64,000 nt of DNA from Octopus vulgaris (Eukaryota): the NCBI GenBank assembly GCA_951406725.2, contig OX597822.1:103602001-103666000 (forward strand). Reading direction: 5' to 3'. Of the stretch, positions 13,778 to 25,214 are shown one piece after another; within the stretch, counting starts at the first letter, position 1, and each line of letters opens with the position of its first letter. Made by a program: the position numbers and the translations under genes. The notes beneath the pieces are model-generated. The model did not search any database, was not told the DNA's origin, and worked only from the letters and a program-made list of their open reading frames with translations.

Positions 13778-14083
13778 GTGGAGGCGCAATGGCCAGTGGT
13801 TAGGGCAGCGGACTCGCGGTCGTAGGATCGCGGTTTCGATTCCGGGCGTTGTGAGTGGTTATTGAGCGGAAACACCTAAAGCTCCACGAGGCTCCGGCAG
13901 GGTGGTGGTGGCGATTCCTGCTGTACTCTTTCGCCACAACTCTCACTCACTCTTTCTTCTGCTGGCCTGCTCGCTTAGCCAGCGGGGTGGCGTCATTTGA
14001 AGGCTAAAACAATGCGAAGCGCATTGTGACCAGCGACGTGTAGCAACATCTGATAGCCTGGTCGGTCACGGTGATCACGGTGA
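13778..14083 (+). mobile_element. tRNA-derived SINE family B, tail type 1
   Basis: GGAGGCGCAATGGCCAGTGGTTAGGGCAGCGGACTCGCGGTC..GGTTTCGATTCC head with A/B boxes; ends (CACGGTGAT)n. Confidence 0.85.
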
Positions 14084-14104
14084 TATATATATATATGTAT
14101 ATAT

Positions 14105-14411
14105 GTGGAGCCTCGATGGCCCAGTGGTTAGAGCAACGGATTCGCGGTCGTAGGATCGCGGTTTCGTTTCCCAGACCGGGCGTTGTGAGTGTTTATTGAG
14201 CGAAAACACCTAAAGCTCCACGAGGCAGCGGCAGGGTGGTGGTGGTGATCCCTGCTGTACTCTTTCGCCACAACTTTCTGTCTCGCACTTTCTTCCGTTG
14301 GCCTGCTCGCTTAGCCGACGGGGTGGCGTCATTTGAAGGCTAAAACAATGCAAAGCGCATTGTGACCAGCGATTTGTAGCAACATCTGATAGCCTGGACG
14401 ATCACGGTGAT
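14105..14411 (+). mobile_element. SINE family B, tail type 1 (second adjacent copy)
   Basis: Diverged copy of 13778-14083. Confidence 0.85.
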
Positions 14412-14465
14412 ATATATATATATATATATATATGCCAATTACTACTATTTACTACTATATATATA

Positions 14466-14874
14466 TCTTTATATATAAAAGTCAAGTTGTGTGTCTGTCT
14501 CCTACGATTTAGATTCCTAACTACTCCCACATTTTGCAGTGCAGTTTAACCAAAACCGGGTATCTTATAGTCGTGATTCATATCGAGCCCTTCTGGGTAT
14601 TAGCGCACGTTTAGGATGAGTCTACGATTTAAAAAAATAATTACCATCAATTTTTCCCATTTTTATCCATTTTAATGCATTTTTTCGCTATTATATAAGG
14701 GAAGTAACTCTCTAAAAATGTCTACGATGAGTCAACGATTTAAAAAAAAAATTACCGTCATTTTTTTTTCCATTTTTAATGCATGTTTTTGCTATTTTTT
14801 GGCTATAACTCTCTAAAAATGCTTATATAGTTATTTCCCTTACAAACCCGAGCAATGCCGGGCGATACTGCTAG
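14466..14874 (+). mobile_element. Non-autonomous Helitron
   Basis: 5' TC (A|TCTTTATATATAAAAG); 3' CCCGAGCAATGCCGGG hairpin then CTAG|T; inserted between A and T with no TSD. Confidence 0.85.
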
Positions 14875-14889
14875 TATATATATATATAT

Positions 14890-14929
<40 letters not shown>

Positions 14930-15115
14930 TATATATATATATGGGTGTGTGTGATTGTGTATAGAAGAATATATTAATAAAAAGAATTCCAACCTTGTCT
15001 GATTTTCACGTTTTATTTACAATCTTATAATGATATATTATAAGATAATATATTATAATTGAATAAAAGCACCGGAATAAAATGAAATAGTAGAATGTTA
15101 AATATTCATTCTGAT

Positions 15116-15160
15116 TGAACTAGTACTTTCATGCATTGAATTCTGCAATCTTCGGGTTCA
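15116..15160 (-). ncRNA. Hammerhead ribozyme in PLE 3' UTR (CCGAAGA core variant)
   Basis: TGAAC CCGAAGA TTGCA-GAATTCAA-TGCAT GAAA GTAC TA GTTCA: 5-bp stem I and palindromic stem III AGTACT. Confidence 0.8.
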
Positions 15161-15654
15161 TGTAGTAGTGTTGACAGTCATGCTTCACAATTTTTGACTG
15201 TAGCAAGATGAGTGATTCTGTGCTATAAATACAGCTGGGTAGGCTCCAGAGTGCTAGGTTTTGCAAACTGTATTCTGACCAATCAGTGTGTAGTATCACT
15301 CAATTACTTAAGCTGATTGGTTGGTTGAGCTGATTGGTTTAGGCATCACGCTTTGTTGGACAGGTCAAGAGTCCTGTATCTTGACCCTGGCCGAAGCAGC
15401 AATTGTTGGGTTATTTTTAGAAATGTTGTAAATATCCTTTGTCAGAGATTTTTATATTTTTATATTTCAATTGTCATCATCATCATTGTCAGCACCTTAA
15501 TTATTGTTGCTAGTGGTGATGGTGGTGGCAATAGAACTTTTAACCCTAAATAAGATAATTTTCCTGCTATCTTCGTCTTGATCACCTTTAGTATTGTTGT
15601 TGTTGTTAGTGGTCATGGTCGTAGCAGTGGAAGTAATACCTCTAAGTATTATTA

Positions 15655-17982
15655 TTATTGCTTATTTAGCTTGGGTTCGAATTTATCAATAAAATTCTTT
15701 TCTCTGATTTTCCTCTCGATTTCACTTGGGCTGTGTAATTTGTAGAATGGAAATATTATATATATTTTCCGACCACATGTTGCTAGGTGGTTACTCAAAG
15801 GTATCTGACGGACCTCTGGGTCTCTAATCTGTTGCCGGTGTACACGTGAGCGTTCTAATAGTGCGTTTCCCGTCTGACCTACATATATTTCTTCACAATT
15901 TGGGCATTTGATGCAGTAAATTAAATTTCTGCTTTTGCAGTTCATATTCGCGTTTGTGAATATTTTCCCGGTTTTTGTGTTTATATATTGACCGGTATGT
16001 ATGAATTGGCATGTGCCACATCGGCTATCATTGCATTTAGATACCGTGAATGTTTGGTCTTTGTTGCTGAGGTCAAATTTTGCCTTTGTTAGTAATGTTT
16101 TCAAGTTTTTAGGCTGTCTTTTACTAAGCACCATAGCTCGATCCTTGATTATGTCTTTTAATTCATTACTTTGGGCAATGATTGGAAGGTTTGCTTTGGC
16201 AATGTTGAAGATATTCTGGTGACATGGGTTGTGTGTCACTATGAATGGTATGACTTGTTCTTGTTTTCCTCTTCCTTGGGTCGTCCTAAGTTGTTGTATA
16301 GGTATTTTTATAGCCCGCTGTATGCCATTTTCTATAAGTAGAGATGGGTATTTTTGTTTGAGCAAAAATTCTCTTAGTTCTATTAGGCGTTTGTTCCTGA
16401 TATTTGCATCTTCTACAATAGTACAAATTCTTCTGGCTAGGCAGTATGGGATGTTACGTTTTGTATGTGGTGGATGGCACGACTTAAAATTTAGGTATTG
16501 ATGTGTGTCTGTGTGTTTATAGTATATATCTGTGGTGATGGTGGTGTCTTTTTTAATTACCATTATATCCAGGAATGGTAATTTGGTACTACTCATCTCC
16601 TTTGTAAATTTGAGAGATGGGTGTAGGTTGTTCAGGAGGATATTGAACTCTTCCAGAGTATTTAGAGATTCTGTCCAGATTATGAAACAGTCGTCTAGGT
16701 ATCTCTTCCATGCCTTTTCAATATACTTTCTAAATCCAGTGCCATAGTTTACCTCCACCTCTTGGTAGAGTTGTTCTTCTAAGTATCCCATTACAGAGTT
16801 GGCGTAAACGGGAGCAAACCTCGTTCCCATCGCCGTGCCTCTAATTTGGATGTAATTCTTTCCATTGAAGAAGAATGTGTTATTTTCTAGAATAAGTTTG
16901 ACTGTGTCTAATATAAATGGCACTGTGAATCTGCTGGGAATCACTTCTCTATGTTTTTCTAACCAGTATTTAATCGCCTTTATTCCTAAATCGTGTGGAA
17001 TATTGGTGTAGAGGCTTACCACATCAAAACTTAGCAAAACTGAATTTGTTTCTGTTGTTTTGGGAAGATGGGACAGGAAGTCGATGTCATCCCTGATGAA
17101 ACTTGGTATGTAAGTACATAGTGGTTTCAAAACAATGTCAATAAAATTGCTTAGACGGTGTGTAGGGCATGCTGGACCAGCTATAATAGGTCTAAGTTTT
17201 AGGTCTTTTGGATGTAATAATTTTATGTACTCACTTTCTTGTTCTTTTACTGCCTGTTGAATGTTTTTTGATTTGTGTATTTTTGGTAAGCCGTAGAAGT
17301 TGCTGGGTTTTGGTTCAAAATTGGTGATGTAGTCTTTTTCATTATCCGTAAGTGAGTTGTGGTGTGTTGAAATCAGGTTGTTGATCTTTTTCATGATGTG
17401 GTGGTCTATATTTGCGGGTATTTCACAATAGAAGGTTGTATCCTTCAGTTGGTCTTCAACCAAATCCTTATAGTATTCGGTATCCATAATAACAATTGCA
17501 CCACCTTTATCTGCTTGTTTAATTATTATTGTTTGATCGTTTTGTATACGTTTACATGCAGACATCTCTGATTTGCTAATGTTTGGCCTAACATTGGTAT
17601 TGCGTCTAAGGGGAAATTTAGACAGGATATCAATGTATTGGTCAAGGTAGTTATTTCTTCCTTTTGGTGGGGTGAAATTTGATTTATTCCTTACTAGGGA
17701 TTCATCAATCTCATTACTTTTGTTAGCGAAGAATTCTACAAGTCGTAATTTTCGACAGAATTTTTGGATATCCTCCTTTAATTCTTGGTGGTTGGCTGTT
17801 GGTGTAGGTGTGAATTTCAGTCCTTTTGACAGAAGTTGGATTTCATCATTGTCAAGATCTCTTTTTGATAAATTAATTATTTTAGGATCTATACGTTCAG
17901 TTGTTTGGGGTATGTTTCCTCTTGGATTTTTTCTTTCTCCGGTGTTTGTTGTCCTGACGTAAAAAAATGGATTTTTTTCTGG
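15655..17982 (-). CDS. PLE ORF2: reverse transcriptase plus GIY-YIG endonuclease (frame open to 17982; first ATG only at 17565)
   Basis: IINLSKRDL..LLSKGLKFTPTP lies upstream of the ATG. Then KQADKGG, FYGLPKIHK, LRPIIA, SFDVVSLYTNIP, QIRGTAMGT, WKRYLDDCF, LPFLD, linker C-x4-C-x2-C (KCNDSRCGTC), LIYCIKCPNCEEIYVGQT, and RSRVH. Confidence 0.95.
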   Translation of the reverse strand, partial: PEKNPFFYVRTTNTGERKNPRGNIPQTTERIDPKIINLSKRDLDNDEIQLLSKGLKFTPTPTANHQELKEDIQKFCRKLRLVEFFANKSNEIDESLVRNKSNFTPPKGRNNYLDQYIDILSKFPLRRNTNVRPNISKSEMSACKRIQNDQTIIIKQADKGGAIVIMDTEYYKDLVEDQLKDTTFYCEIPANIDHHIMKKINNLISTHHNSLTDNEKDYITNFEPKPSNFYGLPKIHKSKNIQQAVKEQESEYIKLLHPKDLKLRPIIAGPACPTHRLSNFIDIVLKPLCTYIPSFIRDDIDFLSHLPKTTETNSVLLSFDVVSLYTNIPHDLGIKAIKYWLEKHREVIPSRFTVPFILDTVKLILENNTFFFNGKNYIQIRGTAMGTRFAPVYANSVMGYLEEQLYQEVEVNYGTGFRKYIEKAWKRYLDDCFIIWTESLNTLEEFNILLNNLHPSLKFTKEMSSTKLPFLDIMVIKKDTTITTDIYYKHTDTHQYLNFKSCHPPHTKRNIPYCLARRICTIVEDANIRNKRLIELREFLLKQKYPSLLIENGIQRAIKIPIQQLRTTQGRGKQEQVIPFIVTHNPCHQNIFNIAKANLPIIAQSNELKDIIKDRAMVLSKRQPKNLKTLLTKAKFDLSNKDQTFTVSKCNDSRCGTCQFIHTGQYINTKTGKIFTNANMNCKSRNLIYCIKCPNCEEIYVGQTGNALLERSRVHRQQIRDPEVRQIPLSNHLATCGRKIYIIFPFYKLHSPSEIERKIREKNFIDKFEPKLNKQ

Positions 17983-18992
17983 TTATGATTTATATTCCTG
18001 TTGATGTTTGCTTGATGAATTTTGCGTTTTGGTTGTGGTACTTTACTTGGTTTCGTTATGTTTTCTGTCTTGTTTTTGGTATTATGTATGCTACTTTTCA
18101 ATTTCTTGTTAGCATTGTTTTTAACCACCTGGAGAAATGATCTGGGTTTACTTCTAGATCTAGATCGGTTTTTTGTCCAGTTTCTTGTGGGTAATCTCTG
18201 TTGAGGTCTTGAAAATGATCTCCTGTTATTTCTACTGCTAATGGTCTGTTCAAAACAATATCTATTTTGTTTGTGCTTTTTGTTCATGTTGTGTGCATTA
18301 GGGTGTTTGCATACAAAATGGGAAGAGTTCTTACCGTAGTTCGTCTTCGATTCGTGGTGAAACGGGTGTTCATGTTGCCACGTGTTCTGGTGTATGTTGC
18401 GTTGGTGAGGTTGTCCACTTTTAATGCTATTTCTCGGAGTTCTGGTGTCTTTACCGTAATTTGTAGCATATTTGTCGAGAAATAATTGTTTCCGCTGCCA
18501 AAACTTTCTTGATCTGCTTTCTTCTTTTGAGATATCTCTGATCCATAGTTCTCGCATTTTTTCTGCTATATTGCCGGTCGTTAGTTTGGATATTTCATCT
18601 CTGATTTGATCATCGATAGCTTCGTATTTGGCTTTGTAGCGGGATTGTTTAGACAGGGTAATGGAGATGTCGGTCCTGAATTTTATCAAACTAAGGTCCC
18701 ATCGAAGTTTAGTTTCTTCCTCTGGTTCTCCTGCAATTTCTTTAATTAGGTACTTCCGAGGAAGTATGGGTGCCGCTAAAGATATCCATTTCGAATGTAT
18801 TTCAGCATATTTTTCGCATTTATATGCCTTCCAGAAGTTTTGTTTTCTTATGTTAAGGAGTTTTTTCCATGTCTTCTGTATCTCTTCTCTTTTTCGGTGT
18901 GCCTCTTTTTCCAGATTTCTTTCGTTTATTTCTGACATCCAAGGAGGTTGTGGTAGGCTTTCTCTTGTAGATTTTATAATTGTTGGTATCAT
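17889..18992 (-). CDS. PLE ORF1: charged helical/coiled-coil N-terminal half plus basic low-complexity C-terminal half (367 aa)
   Basis: Uninterrupted non-repetitive ORF that overlaps the ORF2 frame by ~94 nt; may be 5' truncated at the (TA)n tract. Confidence 0.8.
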   Translation of the reverse strand: MIPTIIKSTRESLPQPPWMSEINERNLEKEAHRKREEIQKTWKKLLNIRKQNFWKAYKCEKYAEIHSKWISLAAPILPRKYLIKEIAGEPEEETKLRWDLSLIKFRTDISITLSKQSRYKAKYEAIDDQIRDEISKLTTGNIAEKMRELWIRDISKEESRSRKFWQRKQLFLDKYATNYGKDTRTPRNSIKSGQPHQRNIHQNTWQHEHPFHHESKTNYGKNSSHFVCKHPNAHNMNKKHKQNRYCFEQTISSRNNRRSFSRPQQRLPTRNWTKNRSRSRSKPRSFLQVVKNNANKKLKSSIHNTKNKTENITKPSKVPQPKRKIHQANINRNINHNQKKIHFFTSGQQTPEKEKIQEETYPKQLNV

Positions 18993-19030
18993 TTCATATA
19001 TATATATATATGTATATATATGCCAATTAC

Positions 19031-19129
<99 letters not shown>

Positions 19130-19511
19130 AGTATTACAGATATAATCAATATTTTATAATTACGAATTTAATTATAATTAGGGTTCAGCAAAGATTTGCT
19201 ATACAGATACATATATTATATTACAAATATATAGAAATGAGTCGCGATTCGTAAATATGTCGTTATGATATGAATAAGCTTTCAGGCGAAAGAAGAAATT
19301 GCTGAATGTGAACGACATAGAAATCGAACAGCAATGTTAGAATCATGACTTAGAATCGCATCTCTAAAATTTTCACAGACTCAGTACTAATGCTTCGGAC
19401 GGACAAATGTCTCTTCTTTCATTTGAAAAGACTCTAATTCTGTAAATATGTGCGAAGCGGTGAGGCATTCATACACATTTCCTGCATATCTACAAACTTA
19501 AATACATGCAT

Positions 19512-19935
19512 TCTCTTTACTCTTTTACTTGTTTCAGTCATCTTGACTGCGGCCATGCTGGAGCACCGCCTTTAATCGAGCATCTCGACCCCGGGACTTA
19601 TTCTTTGTAAGCCCAGTACTTACTCTATCGGTCTCTTTTACCGAACCGCTAAGTGACGGGGACGTAAACACACCAGCATCAGTTGTCAAGCAATGCTAGG
19701 GGGACAAACACACACACACAAACACACACACATACACACACATATATATATATATATATATACATATATATGACGGGCTTCTTTCAGTTTCCGTCTACCA
19801 AATCCACTCACAAGGCTTTGGTCGGCCCGAGGCTATAGCAGAAGACACTTTCCCAAGGTGCCACGCAGTGGGACTGAACCTGGAACCATGTGGGTTGGTA
19901 AACAAGCTACTTACCACACAGCCACTCCTGCGCCT
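19512..19935 (-). mobile_element. SINE family A, full length
   Basis: Matches the family A consensus. Confidence 0.88.
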
Positions 19936-20248
19936 AAACATAAATACACATAAATACACACGAACACATGTAGGGATACATACATGCATATTCATGCACG
20001 CGCGCGTACACGCACACCCACGCACACACACACACACGCGCGCGCAATATTATGGATGTATTTAAGCTGTCGCAATTATTGTATGTCTTCTAAATGCATT
20101 TGGACGTTACGAATATTGACGTAGCTCCACTTCTTTTAAACGTACGTTTTGTCCATTATATAAATTGATATTTCCTTCAGATATCTTGATTTGTGATATG
20201 AGTATATCCCTTCAAATGGTTTAATCATACATATATACGTACAAACCA

Positions 20249-20279
<31 letters not shown>

Positions 20280-20391
20280 TGTATGTATGTATGTATGTAT
20301 GTATGTATGTATGTATGTATGTACGTACGTACGTATGTATGTATGTATGTATATTTGTATGTATATTTGTATGTATGTATATCTATATCTA

Positions 20392-20440
<49 letters not shown>

Positions 20441-20481
20441 AGATATAGATACAGATATACACATACATACATATATACATT

Positions 20482-20533
<52 letters not shown>

Positions 20534-20534
<1 letters not shown>

Positions 20535-20767
20535 TTTATTTTAAGCAGCAGAAAATTCAACAAAATCTGTTACTCTGAGTTTCTCGTTGCCGTTCATCAG
20601 ACAGTTTTTGCTAGAATCTAGCAAAAACTGTCTGATGAACGGCAACGAGAAACTCAGAGTAACAGATTTTGTTGAATTTTCTGCTGCTTAAAATAAAGCA
20701 TATTACTCTACCACTGGTATTTGAGTACTCTTTTTTCCACCTTGTTTCACATTTATGTGTTTACTCC

Positions 20768-20770
<3 letters not shown>
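20534..20770. repeat. Perfect palindromic fold-back insert (20534-20698) in (TA)n
   Basis: 82-bp arms around CTAGA-A-TCTAG; the right arm extends to ~20770. Confidence 0.92.
20628..20665 (+). ncRNA. Minimal type I hammerhead ribozyme (mirror on minus strand at ~20567-20604)
   Basis: CTGT CTGATGA ACG-GCAA-CGA GAAA CTCAGAG TA ACAG. Confidence 0.85.
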
Positions 20771-20806
<36 letters not shown>

Positions 20807-21473
20807 CGGGAAGCTTTATGAAAATCGACAAAAGACGAAGGCAGGTTTACGGAAATAATGTATGAATGTATAAATGTATATACATATGTATAAATGTATG
20901 TATGTATATATATATATGTCTGCATGCACGCAAAGATTTGTAGACGAGCATGCCTATATAGACATATACCCCAACCCTCTTTCTCTCTCTCTATTGTATA
21001 TATATATATATATATATATATAGACTCACATATACATATATATATATGTATATGTATATATATATAAACATATACATGTATATATATATATGCATATATA
21101 TACATACTTATGTATATGCATACATACATACATGTACATACATACACCTATATATATATATATATGAATATGTATATATAAATATACATGTATACAGGCA
21201 CTCACGTCTGTTATATGTGGTATGCTCAGACACACATATCCGTTTCCGATAGGACATAATTTCCATGTAATTTTAAATGTATACTGAAATTAAGCAGACA
21301 TCCCTGCTCCTCCCATGTTTAACAGTCGTACGTACTTCGTCCATTATTTAAATTGATATCTGTTTCGAGATAACTTGATTTGTGTGTTGATATCATGAGA
21401 GAGTCCTTTACGAGTATGTACAGATATACATGCATGCTTCTCTCTCCATTTCCCCATCTCTCTCCTTCTCTCA

Positions 21474-21504
<31 letters not shown>

Positions 21505-21571
21505 GGTGTGTATAGATATATACACATTTATATATATTTATATTATATTACACATACATACATGTAAACGC

Positions 21572-21634
<63 letters not shown>

Positions 21635-22048
21635 CATACGCGTTTATATATAGCCATATATATGTGTATGTTTGCTTATACGCACATAAGCTCACACACA
21701 AACACATATATAGAAATAGTAATCAACAGAAAGAGGTAGAGCTTATGTATATTCTTATTTTTAACAGTAAAATGTACGTATGTGACCAATGTGTTATTTT
21801 AATCATCACTCTTTAATTTTTTAGTTGAAACTTGACTAAGCTTCGTACACGCCAGGGCATACTTTTTTGTCGTTTTGCGTATAAGAATAGCACCTCTTTG
21901 TGGGCTATGATAGATTAATTGGGTGTTTGTGACAGTTGACTTCAACCAAAGCTCATCTCGGCGTGTTTTATCAGTCATAGTTCATAAGGAGAATTTCTTC
22001 ACAAAAGCAGTTACCACCGTGTCTTTCCACGTTTGGCTATATATATGT

Positions 22049-22218
22049 AGGCGCAGGAGTGGCTGTGTGGGAAGTAGCTTGCTTACGAACCACATCGTTC
22101 CCACTTACGAACCACATCCGTCCTACTGTGTGACATTTTGGGCAAGTGTCTTCTACTATAGGCTCGGGCCGACCAAACCCTTGTGAGTGGATCTGGTAGA
22201 CAGAAACTGAAATATATA

Positions 22219-22263
<45 letters not shown>

Positions 22264-22681
22264 TCTTTTACTCTTTTACTTGTTTCAATCATTTGACTGC
22301 GGCCATGCTGGAGCACCGCCTTTAGTCGAGCAAATCGACCCCGTGACTTATTCTTTGTAAGCCCAGTACTTATTCTATCAGTCTCTTTTGCCAAACCGCT
22401 AAGTGACGGGGACGTAAACACACCAGCATCGGTTGTCAAGCAATGCTAGGGGGACAAACACAGACACACAAACATATACACACACACTTAAATATATATA
22501 TACATTTATACGATAGGCTTCTTTCAGTTTCCGTCTACCAAATCCACTCACAAGGCATTGGTCAGCCCGGGGCTATAGCAGAAGTAATTTACCCAAGATG
22601 CCACGCAGTGTGACTGAACCCGGAACCATGTGGCTGGTCAGCAAGCTACTTACCACACAGCCACTCCTACGCCTATATGTA

Positions 22682-22772
<91 letters not shown>

Positions 22773-23190
22773 TTGCGTGTCTGTGTTTGTCCCCCAACAT
22801 CGCTTGACAACCGATGCTGGTGTGTTTACGTCCCCGTAACGAAGCGGTTCGGCATAAGAGACCGATAGAATAAGTACTAGGCTTCCAAAGAATAAGTCCT
22901 GGGGTCGATTTGCTCGACTAAAGGCGGTGCTCCAGCATGGCCACAGTCAAAATAATTGAAACAATTAAAAGAGAATATAGCTATAATGGCCCAGTGGTTA
23001 GGGCAGCGGACTTGCGGTCGTAGGATCTCGGTTTCGATTCCCAGACCGGGCGTTGTGTGTGTTTATTGAGCGAAAACACCTAAAAGCTCCACGAGGCTCC
23101 GGCAGGGGATGGTGGTGATCCCTGCTGTACTCTTTCACCACTCTAAAGGCGATGCTCCAGCATGGCCGCAGTCAAATGACTGAAACAAGT
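22049..23190. mobile_element. Nested SINE cluster: family A (+) split by family A (-) 22262-22673, then family B head 22986-23142
   Basis: The A 5' half (22049-22211) and 3' half (22760-22975) flank an opposite-strand full copy inserted into the internal TA tract. Confidence 0.8.
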
Positions 23191-23221
23191 ACAAAAAAAA
23201 AATAAAAAAAATAAAAAAAAA

Positions 23222-23261
23222 TAAAACTGAGAATGTGTGTCTGTCTGTCTATCTGCCTGCC

Positions 23262-23296
<35 letters not shown>

Positions 23297-23545
23297 GTGT
23301 TTCCCTGAAACTTGAGAACTACACAATCATTTTCATTCAAATTTTACACATGCCTTACTTAGAGTCCGGGGAGTGCCATCGGCAAAAAGAATTTTTAACT
23401 TTTTGCCTAGGGCAAGCCCACAGCAACATCATATCTTCTCCACTACGATTCCCTAAAACTTGAGAACTACACAACCAATTTCATTCAAATTTTATACATG
23501 CCTTACTTAGGGTCCATGTAGTTTCATGGGCAAAAAAAAATGTTC
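23222..23545 (+). mobile_element. Helitron-like non-autonomous element, 5' part (related copy ~6200-6380 -)
   Basis: TAAAACTGAGAATGTGTGTCTGTC(TGTC)n..CCCTAAAACTTGAGAACTAC..CAATTTCATTCAAATTTT, internally duplicated. Confidence 0.55.
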
Positions 23546-23852
23546 ACACACACACACACATATATAATATAATTTAATTAGAGGATATGTTAACCTTGAG
23601 AAGGATGGTTGCATCCAAGGAAATACTGGTTCAATACCTAGTATTGTCGGGGAATGAAATTCCCCTAGAACAATAGGTATATATTAAGTATATATATTAT
23701 ATACAGTTAAAAGAAGAAAAGAAAAACATAGAGAATGTACAAAATTATAAATAAAAGGAGAAATATACTCTGATATCATTTATTTATTTTACTATTGGAT
23801 ATTCTTATTTAACGCCAATTGGTTCGCAATATCCAATGGTAAAATAAAATTA

Positions 23853-24087
23853 GGGCGGCGAGCTGGCAGAATCGTTAGCACGCCTGACGAAATGCTTAGC
23901 AGTATTTCGACTGCCGCTACGTTCTGATTTCAAATTCCGCCGAGGTCGACTTTGCCTTTCATTCTTTCGGTGTCGATTAAATAAGTACCAGTTACGCACT
24001 GGGGTCGATGTAATCGAATTGATACGTAAGTCTGTCCTTGTTTGTCCCCTCTATGTTTAGCCCCTTGTGGGTAATAAAGAAATAGGT
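23853..24087 (+). mobile_element. SINE family C
   Basis: GGCGGCGAGCTGGCAGAATCGTTAGCACG..TTCAAATTCCGCCGAGGTCGACTTTGCCTTTCAT; other copies at 26202-26605, 46130-46686, 50660-50765, 56280-56340 and 56920-57700. Confidence 0.8.
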
Positions 24088-24117
24088 AAAATAAAATTTT
24101 CTCATAGTATACTCTTC

Positions 24118-24168
<51 letters not shown>

Positions 24169-24756
24169 CGGGAAGCTTTATGAAAATAAACAAAAGACGA
24201 AGGCAGGTGGAAAACAAACGAACAATTGTATTAGTATGGCGCTCAGGAAATATAAATAAAACAAGTCTTTAACGTTTCGAGCCTACGCTCTTCAACAGAA
24301 AGATACACAGAGAGAAAAAAACACAGAAAGAAGGAGAGAAAAAAATGCGTGCAGTAGCTAACGAATCAACATGGCGATCTGATTTCGGCCAGAGGTCAAA
24401 GATCAAACATGAGACGCGAGAGCGAAATAAGGGGAGATAATAGGGTTGAGGGACCAGCTAATAGTGCGTAGGAGGGGTCTGGATGTGTGTATGTATAGGG
24501 TTGGTGTATGTATTAGTATGTATAAGGGTGTGTGTGTGTGTGTGTGTGTATGAGAGAGTATTAGTGCGTAGGATTGGTCTGGACGTGCGTATGTATGGGG
24601 TTGGTGTATATATTAGTATGTATAAGTGTGTGTGTGTGTGTGTATGAGAGAGTATAAGTGCGTATGCGGGGTCTGGACGTGTGTATGTATAGGGTTGGTG
24701 TATGTATTAGTATGTACTAGTATGTATTAGTACGTATTAGTATGTATTAGTTGGTG

Positions 24757-24840
<84 letters not shown>

Positions 24841-25214
24841 CACATATTTATTTATATGTTATTATAACGTTGGAACTAAAAAGATAAGGCTATAAAGAAA
24901 AATATTGCATAAATATATAGGCGTTTATTTATGTACGTATCTGCGACTGTATACATACATACATGTATACATACATACATACATACATATATATGCATAA
25001 ATACATATATATATGTATACATATATGAACGTGAGTGTGTGTGTATGTGTGTGTCCATCTATGTGTATGTGCGTTTGCGTGTGTTTGTGTGTATTCCGTC
25101 GTATACATATGTATAAATCTGGGAACAACTTTAAAAAAGATTTTGGTGCTTCACAGATTCTAGATCCTATTTTCGGTATATTCATGCAACGTAATAAGAA
25201 TATTAGGAGATTTC

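Larger units (their letters stand above)
14965..18997 (-). mobile_element. Penelope-like retroelement (endonuclease-positive, Neptune-like), two ORFs, apparently intact coding region
   Basis: ORF1, RT/GIY-YIG ORF and a 3' UTR with a hammerhead; both ends abut TA-rich microsatellite. Confidence 0.93.

Noticed and set aside
13778-13850. tRNA gene calls at SINE heads
   Set aside because: A/B boxes are present, but they continue into multi-copy SINE bodies and do not form a full cloverleaf.
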